Shown: piece by piece, positions 62,114 to 64,000 of the stretch
Position numbering within the stretch: the first letter of the stretch is position 1
How the letters are laid out: every line of letters starts with the position of its first letter
NCBI GenBank assembly: GCA_965223665.1
Contig: OZ245011.1
Span: 2,752,001-2,816,000 of the forward strand
Direction of reading: 5' to 3'
DNA from: Nitrospinaceae bacterium
GTDB taxonomy: Bacteria > Nitrospinota > Nitrospinia > Nitrospinales > Nitrospinaceae
DNA length: 64,000 bases
The notes under the pieces: model-generated
Told to the model about the DNA's origin: nothing
What the model saw: only the letters and a program-made list of their open reading frames with translations
Database searches by the model: none
Translations under genes and position numbers: made by a program

Positions 62114-62992
62114 ATGCCTGAAATAAAAAAACCAAATTTACAAGAAATAGAATCTAAAAAAAGTCAATTAGAACGAGCCGATTTGAGCCTTTCGGATCTT
62201 AGAGGAATAGATCTTAGCCAGGGAAGTCTGAAAGAAGCAAAAATGAGTCGGTCCATTTTGAAAGGTGCTAATTTAAGTAAAGCGGGTTTAAATGGTGCCG
62301 ATTTCACGGGAAGTAATCTTATTCTAGTTAACTTTTCAGAAGCCCAACTGATCCGGGCAAACTTTAAAAAAGCTAATTTCAGTGGTAGTAATTTTTCAAA
62401 TACAGATCTCAGTGGTGCTTTCCTTAGCAAATCGCTGGGGCGAAAAGCTATTTTTACAAGAGCAAATTTAAACAGGTCGGACTTAAACCAGGCGCAACTC
62501 ATGGAAAGTAATTTTAGCTATACTCACTTGAGTAAATCAGACTTACGGGGCGCTCAATTTATGAAAGCAAGTTTAGAATTTGCCAAAATTCCCAAGTCAC
62601 ATTTAACTAAAGCCAATTTCTTTCAAACAAATATGGAAGGAGTGGATGTGAGTGGATGTAATCTCAGTACTTGTGATATGCGGGAGTCCCGTCTGGTTAA
62701 TATGGATTTTTCAGAAGCTATTGGAACCCGAATTTTGTTTAAAGGATCTGACTTGACTGGATCTAATTTCACAAAGGCCAGCCTGCGCGGAGCAGATTTT
62801 GCGGATGCGATCCTCGAAGGAGTAATTTTTTATGGTACCGATTTTTCCCTGGCCACCAATTTGACATGCGAACAATTAAGAACTGCCAAGATTGATAGAA
62901 AAACAAAGTTTCCTGAAAATATTCAAATCAATTGGATTTCAGAAAGTGAATTCGAATGCCAGGAAATCCCTCAAAATAAAGAGGGAGAATAA
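62114..62992 (+). CDS. Pentapeptide-repeat protein
   Basis: Continuous [AS][DN][LF]xx repeats over most of the protein. Confidence 0.95.
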   Translation: MPEIKKPNLQEIESKKSQLERADLSLSDLRGIDLSQGSLKEAKMSRSILKGANLSKAGLNGADFTGSNLILVNFSEAQLIRANFKKANFSGSNFSNTDLSGAFLSKSLGRKAIFTRANLNRSDLNQAQLMESNFSYTHLSKSDLRGAQFMKASLEFAKIPKSHLTKANFFQTNMEGVDVSGCNLSTCDMRESRLVNMDFSEAIGTRILFKGSDLTGSNFTKASLRGADFADAILEGVIFYGTDFSLATNLTCEQLRTAKIDRKTKFPENIQINWISESEFECQEIPQNKEGE

Positions 62993-63048
62993 AGTTTCAA
63001 TAACCCTTCTCCCCCAAACTTATTCCTGAATTAAAAAAATTGAAGTTT

Positions 63049-64000
63049 CTAATAATATTTCGTGGTAGCTTCTTCCGGGTAGGATTCGATTTTATGAATG
63101 GACAAATCAGATCCCTGAAGTTCATCATCTTTATCCAATCGAATCCCGAAAGCTTTATCCATAGCATAGTAAACAACAAAACCTACCGCCAGGGCCATTA
63201 CTACAGCGGCCAAGGAGCCTACCAGTTGTGCTACAAAGCTGACTTCCCCTAAACCACCTAAGGATTTCTGGCCAAAGATACCGCAAGCAATACCACCCCA
63301 GGTGCCAGAAATACCATGTAACGGCCACACACCTAATACATCATCCAGTTTCAGCTTCTCTTGTTCCCAGGTAAATCCTTTGACAAATATTACCGAAGCT
63401 ATTCCACCTATCACTAACGCACCAATGGGATGTACTTGGTCAGATCCAGCACAAATAGCTACTAATCCAGCCAGGGCACCATTATGGATAAACCCCGGAT
63501 CATTACGTGAAATAATCAAGGCAACCAAAATTCCACCTACCATTGCAAACAGGGAATTCATCGCCACCAGTCCACTTATTCCAGAAAAGGTAGCGGCTGA
63601 CATTACGTTAAAACCAAACCAGCCAACACATAACATCCAACTCCCTAAGGCTAAAAAGGGAATATTACTTACAGGAATGGGACGGCTTCTACCCTCCTTA
63701 TCCCATCGACCCAAACGAGGGCCCAATACTATTACTCCGGTAAGTGCAATCCAACCTCCCATAGAATGAACCACCACCGAACCTGCGAAATCATGAAAGG
63801 GAACTCCACCTGTTAAATTCGCTAACCAAGATCCATCTTGACCTAAGAATGAAATTTGCCCCCAGACCATCCCCTCGAAAACGGAATATCCAATCACCAC
63901 AAAAATGGCACCCGAAATAGCTTGTGTCCAAAACTTAGCCCGCTCGGCAATACCACCTGAAATGATTGCAGGAATTGCCGCAGCAAAAGTCAATAAAAAG
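63049..64000 (-). CDS. amt: Ammonium transporter (Amt family), 3' part (5' end lies outside the window)
   Basis: IISGGIAER, DFAGSVVVH, GWFGFN, NGALAGLVA and DD.LGVWPLHG motifs; twin His retained. Confidence 0.95.
   Translation of the reverse strand, partial: FLLTFAAAIPAIISGGIAERAKFWTQAISGAIFVVIGYSVFEGMVWGQISFLGQDGSWLANLTGGVPFHDFAGSVVVHSMGGWIALTGVIVLGPRLGRWDKEGRSRPIPVSNIPFLALGSWMLCVGWFGFNVMSAATFSGISGLVAMNSLFAMVGGILVALIISRNDPGFIHNGALAGLVAICAGSDQVHPIGALVIGGIASVIFVKGFTWEQEKLKLDDVLGVWPLHGISGTWGGIACGIFGQKSLGGLGEVSFVAQLVGSLAAVVMALAVGFVVYYAMDKAFGIRLDKDDELQGSDLSIHKIESYPEEATTKYY

Noticed and set aside
62114-62992. 15-nt periodicity as a DNA repeat array or CRISPR
   Set aside because: Fully explained by pentapeptide-repeat coding; no conserved repeat-spacer structure and no cas genes.

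Overview
An AT-rich bacterial chromosome segment. Gene content (short EF-Ts, HDOD/FGE/TPR/pentapeptide proteins, heme- and hemerythrin-bearing chemoreceptors, Amt) suggests Nitrospinota or a related lineage, but this is inference only. Housekeeping blocks are leuS-lptE-holA/rpsT; rpsB-tsf-pyrH-frr-uppS-cdsA-dxr; nadB-ftsK; rimO-pfkA; recN; gpmA; folD-xseA-xseB-tlyA-dcd; tRNA-Leu(CAA); and a partial amt. Accessory loci lie between them. (1) A 1985-aa secreted purple-acid-phosphatase-type enzyme carries five DNRLRE-like and six HYR-like modules and is followed by a secreted TPR protein with a predicted N-terminal HGDLH motif and a carotenoid-oxygenase-family gene. (2) Two paralogous multi-input chemoreceptors: one has a NarX/McpN-like motif, a c-type heme site and an Aer2-like PAS; the other has an Aer2-like PAS and a C-terminal hemerythrin. 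(3) Three tandem GT-C glycosyltransferase paralogs have matching 11-nt overlaps. (4) A pair of TMTC-like GT-C/TPR genes. tlyA is split by a frameshift in an A10 run. No CRISPR array, integrase, transposase or reverse transcriptase was seen. All domain calls come from reading motifs by eye; no database searches were run.
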